This document shows positions 29,951-39,573 of a stretch of 64,000 nucleotides of DNA, in pieces. The notes beneath the pieces were generated by a model that worked only from the letters and a program-made list of their open reading frames with translations, did not search any database and had not been told where the DNA came from. A program made the translations under genes and the position numbers. Within the stretch, counting starts at the first letter, position 1, and each line of letters opens with the position of its first letter. Source of the stretch: a bacterium (GTDB lineage Bacteria > Hinthialibacterota > Hinthialibacteria > Hinthialibacterales > Hinthialibacteraceae); the NCBI GenBank assembly GCA_041946805.1, contig JBHGBC010000007.1:1-64000 (forward strand). The letters are read 5' to 3'.

Positions 29951-32935
29951 TTACCGTTTCAGGGAGACCACCTCGGTCAGAATCTGGTCGCCGGTGGTGA
30001 TCACCCGGGCGTTGGCCTGATAAGCCCGCTGGGCGATGATCAGGTTGGTGAATTCCTGCGCCAGATCCACGTTCGACAGCTCCAATGCGCCGGAGTTGAT
30101 CTCGCCGCCTTCCACGCCCGCTTCCACGTAAACGCGTTCGCCGGAGTTGGGGCCGGTGGTGAACACGGTGGCCCCGTCCTGGATCAAGCCGCCCTCGTTG
30201 GTCACCTTGGCCAGAAGGATCTTGCCAAGAGACTGTGTGTCGCCATTGGTGAAGATACCCATAATATCACCGTTTTGCGTGACGGTGACACTGTCCAGGC
30301 TGCCCGCCGCGCGTCCGTCCTGGCTTTGAAACTGGGCGGTGTTGGAACCGCTGAAGTAGGTGATCCCATCGAGAGCCATCTGGACGGAAATGGGGGCGAC
30401 GCCGCTGTTGTTCGGATCCGTGCTGTCCGGATCGAAGGTGATCACCGGCGCGCCATCTCCGTCGCCGTAGGATTGGAAGCGGCCTTCGCTGTCGAAGATC
30501 AAGGTACCGGTGGTCTGGCCGGCTTGGCCGCGGGGATCGTTGGGAACCACCGCCTGGTAATTGACCGTGTTGCGGATCATACCCGGCTGATGGATGGTGT
30601 TGGTGGTGAACGACTGGCCGGAGCCGTCCCGCGCCACGATTCCCACCGGGACCTGGGGCGCCTGGTCCGCGCCCGGCCGGCCGTCGAAGTTCGTGGGGAT
30701 GCCGTAGCCTTCTTGATTGAATAACGCCCGGAACGCGGTGACCTCGGGTTGGAACGCGGCGTACCCGTCGAATTTCTCCGTGGTCAGACTGGTGTTGGTG
30801 GGATACACGCCCGTGCTCAAGGCCACCAGGTGAACGCCGGAATCGTTGATGCCCGAGGGCAAGGTCGTGGCGGAACTGCCGGAGGCGGAACTGCCGTCGT
30901 GGTTGGCCACGCCGAAAGCCTTGGAGAGGTCGGGATCGAAGGGATCGGCGGATTTGATGAAGCCCGTCGCCTTGCCGCTGTCGGCGGGATTGGCCAGGGG
31001 TTCCAGGGGATTGAGGGTGCTGACCCGGACGGAGCGGGTTTTCGCGGCCAAGTCCAGGACCAGGCCCAATTTATCCTCGCCTCCGGCGGCGGAGATCAGG
31101 TTTTGTGTGAGGGTGGCGTCATCCGACACGGACATGCCCAGGCTGCCTCCCTTCGCGCTGAAGGCCAGGCTTCCCTCCGGCGTCAACGTGATCTGAATGG
31201 TGGGAATTTCGGCCGGGGCGGAAAGCGTGGTGATGCCGTTCAGGTTCAGGCCGGTGGCGGCGGGATCGATTTTCGTGAGATTCATGGCCACCTGTTGTAT
31301 GGCGGCGTTGATCCGGTTCTCGATCTGGGTGCGCATCTCATCCAGGGTGGTGGTGGGACTGAATCCCGTGTCACCCAGCAATCCGCCGCCGGAATTGTTG
31401 TTGCTGGTCAGATTCAGCATAGAATCGCCGGTCACATCCAGCCCGGCGGCGGTGAAGTTCGCGTCGATTCCGCCATCGGCCTGGATGGGAACGTTGAAGG
31501 TTCCCCCGTTGAAGGAGAGGGCGCCGTCGGAAAGCCGCAGGGCGATCAGGTTCCCGCCGCCGTCCTTGAAGGTATAGATTCCCTGGGTGGCGACAATGTT
31601 GCTGATTTGGCGGGCGGTGAATACGGCGGTGTTGTTGGCCGTGTCGAGCACCGGTTCATTGTATTCCGGTTCCGCGGGGATGACGCCGCCCGGGATAAGC
31701 GGACGTCCCTGGCTGTCCTGGAACTGGCTGACACGGGTGGCCCCATCCGCGGGCGGGGTTTGGGTGTCCTTCGCCAGGCCGACCGTGATGGTGTGCGTTT
31801 TCCCCTGGGAATCGTAGATGTCGATGGACGTGGTGGTGTCGGCCCGGCGGATTTTGTTGGTCTGTACGACGGAATCCGGATTGACATTGAGTGTCTTGGT
31901 GAAATCGGGGTCGTCCTGGTTCATGAAGAGATTGCCGATCCGCTGGTTGGCGTCCGCGGGCGGCGTGTCCGAATTGTTCCGGGGGGTCACACCGAGCCGG
32001 ATGCCTTGGTACGCGTTGTCTCCGCTGTTGGCCAGTTCGAATTGGCCGGCGCTGGTGAAACTGACCTCCAGTCCGCTGGTCCGAGACGGATCGATGCTCG
32101 AGGCCGCCTGGTTGAAGAAATGGTTCAGGGCGGCCTGCAAATCGGCCACGGTGGTGGTGGAGGTGACGGTCAGGATCACTCCTTTCCCCTTGCCCGTGTC
32201 GACACCGGTCAGATCGACCGGATTTTGGATACTCTCCGGTGGATTTCCGAGGTTCATGTATCCGGTCTCGAAGCGGATGACATCGCCATTCATCAGGCCG
32301 AAGGATTTCCCCGTGGCATCGAACAGTCCCAGCAGGTTCGTCGAGTTTTGAGCCATCTGGACCGCATCGCCGCTGTTGGGATCGCCGATCCGGGCGTTGA
32401 AGTTGCCAGCCGCCCGGACGGTATCCGTCTGTTTGGGCAACGACTGCCGGTTGAAATCGATCTGCAGTTCCGACGGGGCTTCCGTGCTTTGCAACACGCC
32501 GTTCGCATCCGCCATCCGCCCGGTCAACCGGTAACCGGAGCCGGGATCGACGATGTAGCCTTCGTTGTCGAGGGTGAAGTTACCCGCCCGGGTGAGAAAT
32601 TCCTGCCCGGCCCCATCCTTGAGGACAAAGAAGCCGTCCCCATTGATGGCCAAATCCAGCAAACGGCCGGTGGTCTGGGGGCTGCCCTGGGTGAAAATAG
32701 TATCCACGCTGCCCAGATTCACGCCCGTGCCGATTTGCAGCGGATTGATGCCCCCGATGTTGCCCGTGGCGCCCGATCCGTTGAATAAGGTTTGATAGAA
32801 AATATCGTTGAAGGTCGGCCGGCTCGCGCGGAATCCGACCGTGTTGATGTTGGCGATGTTGTTGCCGATGACGTCGATGTTGTGTCCCATGGCGGTGAGG
32901 CCGGTGAGACCCATGAAGATGGATTGTACTGTCAT
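29951..32935 (-). CDS. flgE: Flagellar hook protein, very long (994 aa)
   Basis: N-term DVIGNNIANINTVGF, LDLAINGDGFF, TRAGNF; C-term LELSNVDLAQEFTNLIIAQRAYQAN. Confidence 0.93.
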   Translation of the reverse strand: MTVQSIFMGLTGLTAMGHNIDVIGNNIANINTVGFRASRPTFNDIFYQTLFNGSGATGNIGGINPLQIGTGVNLGSVDTIFTQGSPQTTGRLLDLAINGDGFFVLKDGAGQEFLTRAGNFTLDNEGYIVDPGSGYRLTGRMADANGVLQSTEAPSELQIDFNRQSLPKQTDTVRAAGNFNARIGDPNSGDAVQMAQNSTNLLGLFDATGKSFGLMNGDVIRFETGYMNLGNPPESIQNPVDLTGVDTGKGKGVILTVTSTTTVADLQAALNHFFNQAASSIDPSRTSGLEVSFTSAGQFELANSGDNAYQGIRLGVTPRNNSDTPPADANQRIGNLFMNQDDPDFTKTLNVNPDSVVQTNKIRRADTTTSIDIYDSQGKTHTITVGLAKDTQTPPADGATRVSQFQDSQGRPLIPGGVIPAEPEYNEPVLDTANNTAVFTARQISNIVATQGIYTFKDGGGNLIALRLSDGALSFNGGTFNVPIQADGGIDANFTAAGLDVTGDSMLNLTSNNNSGGGLLGDTGFSPTTTLDEMRTQIENRINAAIQQVAMNLTKIDPAATGLNLNGITTLSAPAEIPTIQITLTPEGSLAFSAKGGSLGMSVSDDATLTQNLISAAGGEDKLGLVLDLAAKTRSVRVSTLNPLEPLANPADSGKATGFIKSADPFDPDLSKAFGVANHDGSSASGSSATTLPSGINDSGVHLVALSTGVYPTNTSLTTEKFDGYAAFQPEVTAFRALFNQEGYGIPTNFDGRPGADQAPQVPVGIVARDGSGQSFTTNTIHQPGMIRNTVNYQAVVPNDPRGQAGQTTGTLIFDSEGRFQSYGDGDGAPVITFDPDSTDPNNSGVAPISVQMALDGITYFSGSNTAQFQSQDGRAAGSLDSVTVTQNGDIMGIFTNGDTQSLGKILLAKVTNEGGLIQDGATVFTTGPNSGERVYVEAGVEGGEINSGALELSNVDLAQEFTNLIIAQRAYQANARVITTGDQILTEVVSLKR

Positions 32936-33130
32936 TGGTGTATGACCTCCCTGTCCAAGCGTTTGGCGCCTTGGCGCCCGGTTCCTCCTTGAACCGCCGT
33001 CAATCCGATTGTGGGTGATTTCCAGGCTCCGGATACACGGGAGCGGAAATCCGGGTGTGGGACCGCGTCCAGCGGTCGGCGGTCCCCAAGGCTTCCTCGG
33101 AGAGGTCCAGCCTTGCTGAGGATCGATTGT

Positions 33131-33544
33131 TTACCCTGGCGTGGGCATGACCACGGTACTGTCGATCTGGGTGAAGACGATTTTTTGCAACTGGGACTGG
33201 TCCATCGCGGTGACCACCGTGCGGTTGTCCACGTTCACCACGAAGGCTTTGCGGTCCATCAGGATGAGGGAGAGGTGGCCCCCCTTCTCCTTGGCCAGGT
33301 CGATGGCCTGGTCCAGCTGGGTCAGGGTTTGGTCATCCAGATCGATGCCCCGGGATTCCACGCGTTGCCGGGCGTGGGCGGAGAGGTTGACGTCCACGCC
33401 GGGTGGAACCATTTTCTCACGCAGAATATCCCCGAATGAACGGCCTTGATTGGCCGCGGGCCGCATGCCCACGATCGGCGGTTGGAGAAAATCGGTGATC
33501 GCCGGGGTTGGCAATCCGGCCGGCGGCAGTTGGATCGAATTCAC
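33131..33544 (-). CDS. Flagellar operon protein (small protein typically found between flgD and flgE)
   Basis: LSAHA.QR...RGI...A.EKG...SLIL....AFVVNV.NRTVVTA......FTQIDS. Confidence 0.8.
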   Translation of the reverse strand: MNSIQLPPAGLPTPAITDFLQPPIVGMRPAANQGRSFGDILREKMVPPGVDVNLSAHARQRVESRGIDLDDQTLTQLDQAIDLAKEKGGHLSLILMDRKAFVVNVDNRTVVTAMDQSQLQKIVFTQIDSTVVMPTPG

Positions 33545-34224
33545 GCGGCGTTCCTCCTTTCATAGACGGCTTGCACATCCGATAACGGCGCGGCCTGGCC
33601 GTTGATCAGCAAAATGGGAGTTCCATCCAGGAAGGTGACTCCATCCACCAGATCCCGGATATAAACCGGTATTTCGCTTTCGTTGCCTCCCGCGTCCACG
33701 GTGGAGCCGATGGAAATCTGGTAATTCCCTGCCGTGAGCGTCTGGCCCTTGGCGTTTTTCCCATCGAAGTCGTATTCAACTTCTCCGGGGGCGGGGGCGT
33801 TGATCACATCGTTGTAAACAATGCGGCCCGAGGCATCCGTCACCTGGACCGGAATTTCGCCCGCCTGGGGCGCCTGAAACACGAAATGGACAGCCTCGTC
33901 CGGCTGGAAGGCGAACTGATTGCCCACCACGGTCGCTTCCTTGCCGATCAAGGAAAGCGCCTGGGCGGTGGCGTTGTTTTGCTGTCCCGCGACCAGTTGC
34001 TCCAGGAGTTTGGTTTGCGTTTGTTGCTGCTCGAGCGAACTGAAGGTCGCCAGTTCCGCCACGAATTCCTGGTTTTCGATGGGATTGAGCGGATCCTGAT
34101 GCTGCAATTGGGCAATCAACAGGCGCAGGAAGTCTTCCTTGTTGACGTTGTCCGTGCTCGTGGAGGTCAGCGTGGTTTCGTTTTGGGACACCGGGCTGTT
34201 CATGGCGGAAACGGCGGCGGTCAT
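33541..34224 (-). CDS. flgD: Flagellar hook capping protein
   Basis: KEDFLRLLIAQLQHQDPLNP.EN.EFVAELATFSSLEQ; SLIGK; FlgD-Ig region. Confidence 0.93.
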   Translation of the reverse strand: MTAAVSAMNSPVSQNETTLTSTSTDNVNKEDFLRLLIAQLQHQDPLNPIENQEFVAELATFSSLEQQQTQTKLLEQLVAGQQNNATAQALSLIGKEATVVGNQFAFQPDEAVHFVFQAPQAGEIPVQVTDASGRIVYNDVINAPAPGEVEYDFDGKNAKGQTLTAGNYQISIGSTVDAGGNESEIPVYIRDLVDGVTFLDGTPILLINGQAAPLSDVQAVYERRNAA

Positions 34225-34250
34225 GGTTCAAGCTCCTTTATCGATCCGCG

Positions 34251-36596
34251 TCATTGGAAATAATCCATCGCGGTAAACCGGTCTTTCCAATACGAATTGT
34301 TCCGGCGGGAATGGCGCTCCCCGGACGAGCGGCGGCCGGACCGGTCATCCTCTCCGGCGGGATCGTGCCGGCTGGACCGGTTGGATTGGGAATCGTTCTT
34401 GGCGGAATCCTGTTGTTTGGCGTCCAGCGTCTCCTTGGAGATGGTCAACCGTTCCACGCGAATGCCTTGATCGTCGAACGCGGAACGCAGGGCGGTGATA
34501 TTCTGTTCCAGCAAGGCGCGGGTGGCGTGTTTTTCGGCGCTGATCTGGGCGGACAACAGGTTGTTTTCCAAGGTCATGCGCACGACGATATGGCCGAGCG
34601 ATTCGGGAACCAGGCGCAAGCTGACCTGGCTGCGCTGCGAGCCGAGTGATCCTTGCACGGCGCGCACGATCTGGCGGGAAGCGGTTTCCTGCAATTGGGC
34701 GATTTTTTCGGTATAGGCCTGGGCCATGCCGGACGCGGAGGGAGTCTGGGCTGCGTGGGTTTCATTCATCACCGGCGGCGCGGCGTCTGGATGCATGGGC
34801 TGGTGGCATTGCGCCTGAACGATTTCCGGATGGACCGGGGTTGCCGGGGTGGTGGCCGGACGGGAAGCCGGCGGCAAGGTTTCCACTACCGTGTCCAGGG
34901 TGGCGCCAGAAGACGGTGGCGCAGATTCGGTTTGGGATTCCGGAATCCGCTGGAGCTGGGTGTCCGGTTCGCGGTTGGCGGCTTCACGGTGAAGAGAAGC
35001 AGATGCGGTTGTCTTTTTCACAACCGGTATGGCTATCTTTTCCATGGATTCGTTCGAGCATTGGTCCGATGGGCCGTCCTCGGCCATGACATCGATCCCA
35101 GGGATGAAATTCTTCCGTTTGTCATCCAGTTTCACCGAGCCGGGATCATGGGATGGGATTGTCTTACGGGCTTGCGGATTCGCGGCGGACAGGAAAACTG
35201 TCTGATCATCTTTCATTCCCCACTTGGAAGGGATTTCACTGGAGTCCGAAGTGAACAAGAGAGGGGAACGGTCCGGGTACTCCGGGGCTGTGCCCGGGGC
35301 GCCGGTTGATGGGAATCCGTTCTGAAATCCGGAGGGCATTCCCTGAAACGGAGGAAGAGAATTGGCTGATTGGATGGTCTCCCTTGTTGTGGAAGTGTTG
35401 ATTTCATCCGTACATTCAATGGGCTCTTCCAAGGTTATTTGAGTGAAAACAGATTCCGCCGGGAGAGACGGTTTCTCAGTTTTCCGCTGCATGTTCATAT
35501 CTATTGGGGAGGAATGAACCTTGCCGGCGGCATGCGGCATGGAACCATGGTGGTCCGCGGATATTCTAGAATGCTCCGTCAGAAACGTGGTTTCAGCGGA
35601 TAGTTGTGCGCCGGACTGGAAGTGTGTGACTTTCCTGACCGTCTTCTCTGAACTTATCCCTACGGGAATTGCGGTGTTGTCATTATTGGCGCTTTTGATG
35701 CCAACCGACTCCTCTTTGATACTCCGCTTTGGGGAGTGCTTTGATTCCTGTATTTTATATTTCCCGGTGGGTGCCGGCTGATCAGGGCTGGACTGGATAT
35801 TCAATGCCATCGGCCTGTCGGGAGTGGCTAAAAAATGCCGAGAATCGGCAATATTTTCCCACGTTGGGATATCATTTGGGGGGATGGATGGCCCGGATGG
35901 AGAAGGGATGGGAATGTCCGTTCCCTGAGGGTATCCTTGCACGGCAGGTTGGGACGGAAAATCGAAAGAAACACGTGTAGTTTGGCACTCATGCGATGCA
36001 TTCGAGTCGAGGATGGTTTTTGACACATCGATGGAGTTGTATCCGTTTGACTTGGCATCCCCTCGTTTATCCCGGACCAGGCTGCCAGCGTGAATAATCC
36101 GGGGGGAGAGAGCCGGGAGTTCGCCTGTTTCTTGCGGCGCCGATGCGAAGTCCAGCAGCCGTTCCGTCAAAGGGGAATCCGGTTTCGAGGAAATGCGGTT
36201 GCCTTCCAGATTTCCGCCCGCCGGGAGGGCCAGCGGATCCTGAGTGGAATCCGGCGGGGAAAGTATATTTAAGTGAATCGTGGGATTTTTGTCTTGGCCC
36301 TCGGTCCGCGTGGATTCGTGGGACAAGAAAAGCGCACGGGCAGAGCTTTCCTTTAAGTTCTCTGCCGATATTGCTTTTCGAGACTGGCCAGGCCGGGCCG
36401 GGGAGGTTATGGTCACTTCCTGGCGGGAAGAATGATTGGTTGAAGGACGATGCAGCGCTTCCTGAAACAGGGGGAAGAAGGGGGAAGTGGAGGTTGAGTT
36501 CAAAACCGTGGGAGCCTTGGCTCGAAGCCCGGCCGCCGTATTGGAACGGGAGCGGTCCAAAAAGAAAACAGCGGCGTTTTGTCCCATGTTTACCAT
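34251..36596 (-). CDS. fliK: Flagellar hook-length control protein (~780 aa)
   Basis: Long S/T/P-rich low-complexity N-term; C-term LRLVPESLGHI.V......L.A.I......TR.LLE.....LR..F..QGI; upstream of flgD; start uncertain (36629/36596/36587). Confidence 0.85.
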   Translation of the reverse strand: MVNMGQNAAVFFLDRSRSNTAAGLRAKAPTVLNSTSTSPFFPLFQEALHRPSTNHSSRQEVTITSPARPGQSRKAISAENLKESSARALFLSHESTRTEGQDKNPTIHLNILSPPDSTQDPLALPAGGNLEGNRISSKPDSPLTERLLDFASAPQETGELPALSPRIIHAGSLVRDKRGDAKSNGYNSIDVSKTILDSNASHECQTTRVSFDFPSQPAVQGYPQGTDIPIPSPSGPSIPPNDIPTWENIADSRHFLATPDRPMALNIQSSPDQPAPTGKYKIQESKHSPKRSIKEESVGIKSANNDNTAIPVGISSEKTVRKVTHFQSGAQLSAETTFLTEHSRISADHHGSMPHAAGKVHSSPIDMNMQRKTEKPSLPAESVFTQITLEEPIECTDEINTSTTRETIQSANSLPPFQGMPSGFQNGFPSTGAPGTAPEYPDRSPLLFTSDSSEIPSKWGMKDDQTVFLSAANPQARKTIPSHDPGSVKLDDKRKNFIPGIDVMAEDGPSDQCSNESMEKIAIPVVKKTTASASLHREAANREPDTQLQRIPESQTESAPPSSGATLDTVVETLPPASRPATTPATPVHPEIVQAQCHQPMHPDAAPPVMNETHAAQTPSASGMAQAYTEKIAQLQETASRQIVRAVQGSLGSQRSQVSLRLVPESLGHIVVRMTLENNLLSAQISAEKHATRALLEQNITALRSAFDDQGIRVERLTISKETLDAKQQDSAKNDSQSNRSSRHDPAGEDDRSGRRSSGERHSRRNNSYWKDRFTAMDYFQ

Positions 36597-36656
36597 CCGT
36601 GGCGACTTTCGCGGCGGCTCCGGCCGCAATGTGGGAACAGATAATGATCAAGGAAA

Positions 36657-36672
36657 AGCAAAGTCGATGCCA
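36657..36672 (-). promoter_or_regulatory. sigma54 (-24/-12) promoter upstream of fliK
   Basis: Minus strand TGGCATCGACTTTGCT = GG-N10-GC with TTGC box. Confidence 0.75.
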
Positions 36673-36710
36673 GGTTTGATTTATGGCAAGAAACCAGCGT
36701 GAGTATACGG

Positions 36711-36723
36711 TAATCACTTGATT
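36711..36723 (-). promoter_or_regulatory. Candidate IHF site
   Basis: Minus strand AATCAAGTGATTA exactly fits WATCAANNNNTTR, ~40-50 bp upstream of the sigma54 box. Confidence 0.55.
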
Positions 36724-36849
36724 TTGTTGAGCTAAAAACCACAATGGCGAAGGAGGGACGGGCAGGGGAAGTCAGGGAAAGGGGCAATTTTTGCCCAGGA
36801 TGGGATGGATCGCCAATCGGGCATCACAGGGAAGCAAAGGATCAAACGC

Positions 36850-37221
36850 GTGAGTGACCGGATTTATCTGGAAGATGTAGTGGTTATGGCGCGGGTGGGG
36901 GCTGGAAAGCGGGAACGGGGAGAGCCGCAGCCTATCCGTTTGACGATTGTCATGGATTTCGACGCGAGGGCGGCGGGACGATCGGACAACCTGGCCGAAA
37001 CGTTGAATTATGTGAAAGCCTACGAGACCGTGGTGCGGGTGGCTCAATCCCGCCCCTTTGCCTTGTTGGAAGCGCTTGGCGAACGGATCGCGGAGGAGTT
37101 GCTGGCCTTGAAAGCCGAGGCGGTACGTGTCAAGGCGTATAAAGAGAGGAATCCGATTCCCGGAATGCAAGGCCGGGTGGCGGTGGAAATCGTTCGCAAC
37201 CGTGAACGGATGGGAACATGA
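36850..37221 (+). CDS. folB: Dihydroneopterin aldolase
   Basis: DRIYL....G....ER...Q, SDNLAETLNY, FALLEAL.ERIA; GTG 36850 preferred. Confidence 0.88.
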   Translation: MSDRIYLEDVVVMARVGAGKRERGEPQPIRLTIVMDFDARAAGRSDNLAETLNYVKAYETVVRVAQSRPFALLEALGERIAEELLALKAEAVRVKAYKERNPIPGMQGRVAVEIVRNRERMGT

Positions 37222-39503
37222 CGCGAAATCCAAAGCCTCTCGATAAACTAGCATCCGTCCGGGGATTCAAGGGGGGATTGGAGACGCCTATCCAATTCTG
37301 CCCCGGGGTAGGTCCGCAGCGGGGGGCGATATTTGAAAGGCTGGGGATTTATACGATTCAGGATTTGTTTTGGCATCTTCCCCGGGGATACGAGGATTAT
37401 CACAGCCGGACGCCGGTGCTACGCCTGCGGGCGGGGGAATTGGCCACGGTGTCGGTGGAAGTGACCGCGGTGGAAGAACGGCTTCCCCGTCACGCCGGCA
37501 AGGTACGGCATATTCTGGAGGCGCGGGTCAGCGACCGGACCGCCGACATGATCGTAGTCTGGTTCAATCAGCCTTTTTTACGGGACAAGGTCAAGAGGGG
37601 AGTTCGGTTGCTGCTGCACGGCAAGGTCGAGTTATACAACTCGTTTTTGCAGATGTCTTCTCCAAAATACCAAATTTTGGACCGGGAGGAGCCGGAAACA
37701 GGGGAAAGCGGGATACTGCCTCTGTATCCCTTGAGTGAGGGATTGACGCAAGGCGTGGTGCGCAAGGTGATCCAAAAAGCCTTGGAGCGCTTCGGAGCGT
37801 ATTGCGAGGAATTCCTCCCCCCGGAATGGCTGGAACGGCATGGGTATCCCGGCCGCAGGCGGGCGTTTTCCATCTTGCATTGTCCCAAACCAGGTGACGG
37901 CGCTCCCACCGATGTAAACGTAAGGCAGATGAATTTCCTGTGGGAAAGCGGAGAGGAAGAAGCGTTGCCGGTTCCCTGTTTGACCGGCGCGCCGGATTCC
38001 ATCTGGGAAAAAGCCCGGCGGCGGCTGGTGTTCGAGGAATTCTGGCTGCACCAGTTGCTGACCCAGAAAAACCGGGCGGCGCGCCAACAACAACGGGGAA
38101 TCGCGCATCCGTCACCCGATCCCAGCCCGTGGGGGGAAGACGCGGCCGCCGCGAATCCAAGCAATCCCCGGAGCTGGCCGGCGGTGTTTGTGAACCATCT
38201 GCCGTTCCGCCTGACGGAAGACCAAATCCGGGTATGCCGGGAATTCGAGCAGGACATGAATTCCTCCCGGCCGATGAACCGGCTGTTGCAAGGGGACGTG
38301 GGATCGGGCAAGACGGTGGTATCGCTGTATGCGATGGTGGTGGCGGCGGCCGGCGGTGCGCAGGCGGCGCTGATGGCTCCCACGGAATTGCTCGCCCAGC
38401 AGCATGCCAACACCGTCCGCAAACTGACCGCCGGCCTGCCGGAATTGAAGACGGTTTTGCTGATCGGCAGCGATACTCCTTCGGAACGGCAGGCGCATCT
38501 GCAGGCGTTGGCGGATGGATCGGCGCGGATCGCGGTGGGCACGCACGCCCTGTTTCAGGAACAGGTGGAATTCGCCAACCTGGGCCTGGTGGTCGTGGAC
38601 GAGCAGCACAAGTTCGGCGTGCAGCAGCGGCAGCGGTTGATCGAAAAGGGGACTCACCCCGACTTGCTGGTGGCCACGGCTACCCCGATTCCCCGCACCT
38701 TGTCGCTGACGATGTTCGGGGACATGGATGTCTCGGTGATCCGCTCCCTCCCTCCTGGACGGCCGGCGGTGATCACCCGCTGGACGACCTGGGATAAGGA
38801 AACCAAGGTGTGGGAATTCGTGGAGGAGAAGATCGCGGCGGGCCAGCAGGCTTACGTGGTCTGCCCGATCATTGAACCGTCCGAGAACGTTCCCCATTTG
38901 CCTTCCACGGAAGAAGCATTCGAGAAATTGTCGCGAACCTTCTTGCCCCACCGGCGGGTTGAACTCCTGCATGGGCGGCATTCGGCGGAAACCAAGGCCG
39001 GCATAATGGCGCGCATGCAAGCGGGGGAGGTCGACGTCGTGGTGGCGACCACGGTCATCGAGGTGGGCGTCGATCTGCCTAACGCCACGATCATGGTGGT
39101 GCTGGGGGCGGACCGCTTCGGCCTGGCGCAATTGCATCAGCTCAGGGGACGAGTGGGACGGGGAACTCGGAAGTCCTACTGCATTCTGATCACGCCCGAT
39201 ACGATTTCGCCCTTCGCCCTGAAACGCATGCAGGCGATGGAAAAGACGCGGGACGGTTTCGTGATCGCCGAGGAAGATCTGCGGCTGCGCGGGCCGGGCG
39301 AATCGTTCGGAATCCGACAAAGCGGGCATCTCAAGTTCCGGCTGGCCGATCCGTTTCATGATTTGGATTTATTGCAGGAAGCGCATGAGGAGGCGAAGAA
39401 GCTGTATCAGGAAGATCCCAGCCTGTCGCTGGCCTCGAATCAGCGGATTCAAAAAGAGCTCGACAAGGCCGGCCATCATTTCGAGGGATTACGGCCTTCG
39501 TGA
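37218..39503 (+). CDS. recG: ATP-dependent DNA helicase RecG
   Basis: PMNRLLQGDVGSGKT, MAPTELLA.QH, DEQHKFGV.QR, TATPIPRTL, QLHQLRGRVGRG, DGF.IAEEDL.LRGPG. Confidence 0.97.
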   Translation: MTRNPKPLDKLASVRGFKGGLETPIQFCPGVGPQRGAIFERLGIYTIQDLFWHLPRGYEDYHSRTPVLRLRAGELATVSVEVTAVEERLPRHAGKVRHILEARVSDRTADMIVVWFNQPFLRDKVKRGVRLLLHGKVELYNSFLQMSSPKYQILDREEPETGESGILPLYPLSEGLTQGVVRKVIQKALERFGAYCEEFLPPEWLERHGYPGRRRAFSILHCPKPGDGAPTDVNVRQMNFLWESGEEEALPVPCLTGAPDSIWEKARRRLVFEEFWLHQLLTQKNRAARQQQRGIAHPSPDPSPWGEDAAAANPSNPRSWPAVFVNHLPFRLTEDQIRVCREFEQDMNSSRPMNRLLQGDVGSGKTVVSLYAMVVAAAGGAQAALMAPTELLAQQHANTVRKLTAGLPELKTVLLIGSDTPSERQAHLQALADGSARIAVGTHALFQEQVEFANLGLVVVDEQHKFGVQQRQRLIEKGTHPDLLVATATPIPRTLSLTMFGDMDVSVIRSLPPGRPAVITRWTTWDKETKVWEFVEEKIAAGQQAYVVCPIIEPSENVPHLPSTEEAFEKLSRTFLPHRRVELLHGRHSAETKAGIMARMQAGEVDVVVATTVIEVGVDLPNATIMVVLGADRFGLAQLHQLRGRVGRGTRKSYCILITPDTISPFALKRMQAMEKTRDGFVIAEEDLRLRGPGESFGIRQSGHLKFRLADPFHDLDLLQEAHEEAKKLYQEDPSLSLASNQRIQKELDKAGHHFEGLRPS

Positions 39504-39573
39504 ATGGATTTGGAGGTGAAGCGGGTGTTGCAACCGGTTTCCATCCCCGAACGGAGCATGGTGGGGATTCAAG

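Noticed and set aside
36350..36372. TTTAAG...GCCGATAT sigma28-like words inside fliK on the + strand
   Set aside because: Spacing is far too short and the orientation is antisense to fliK
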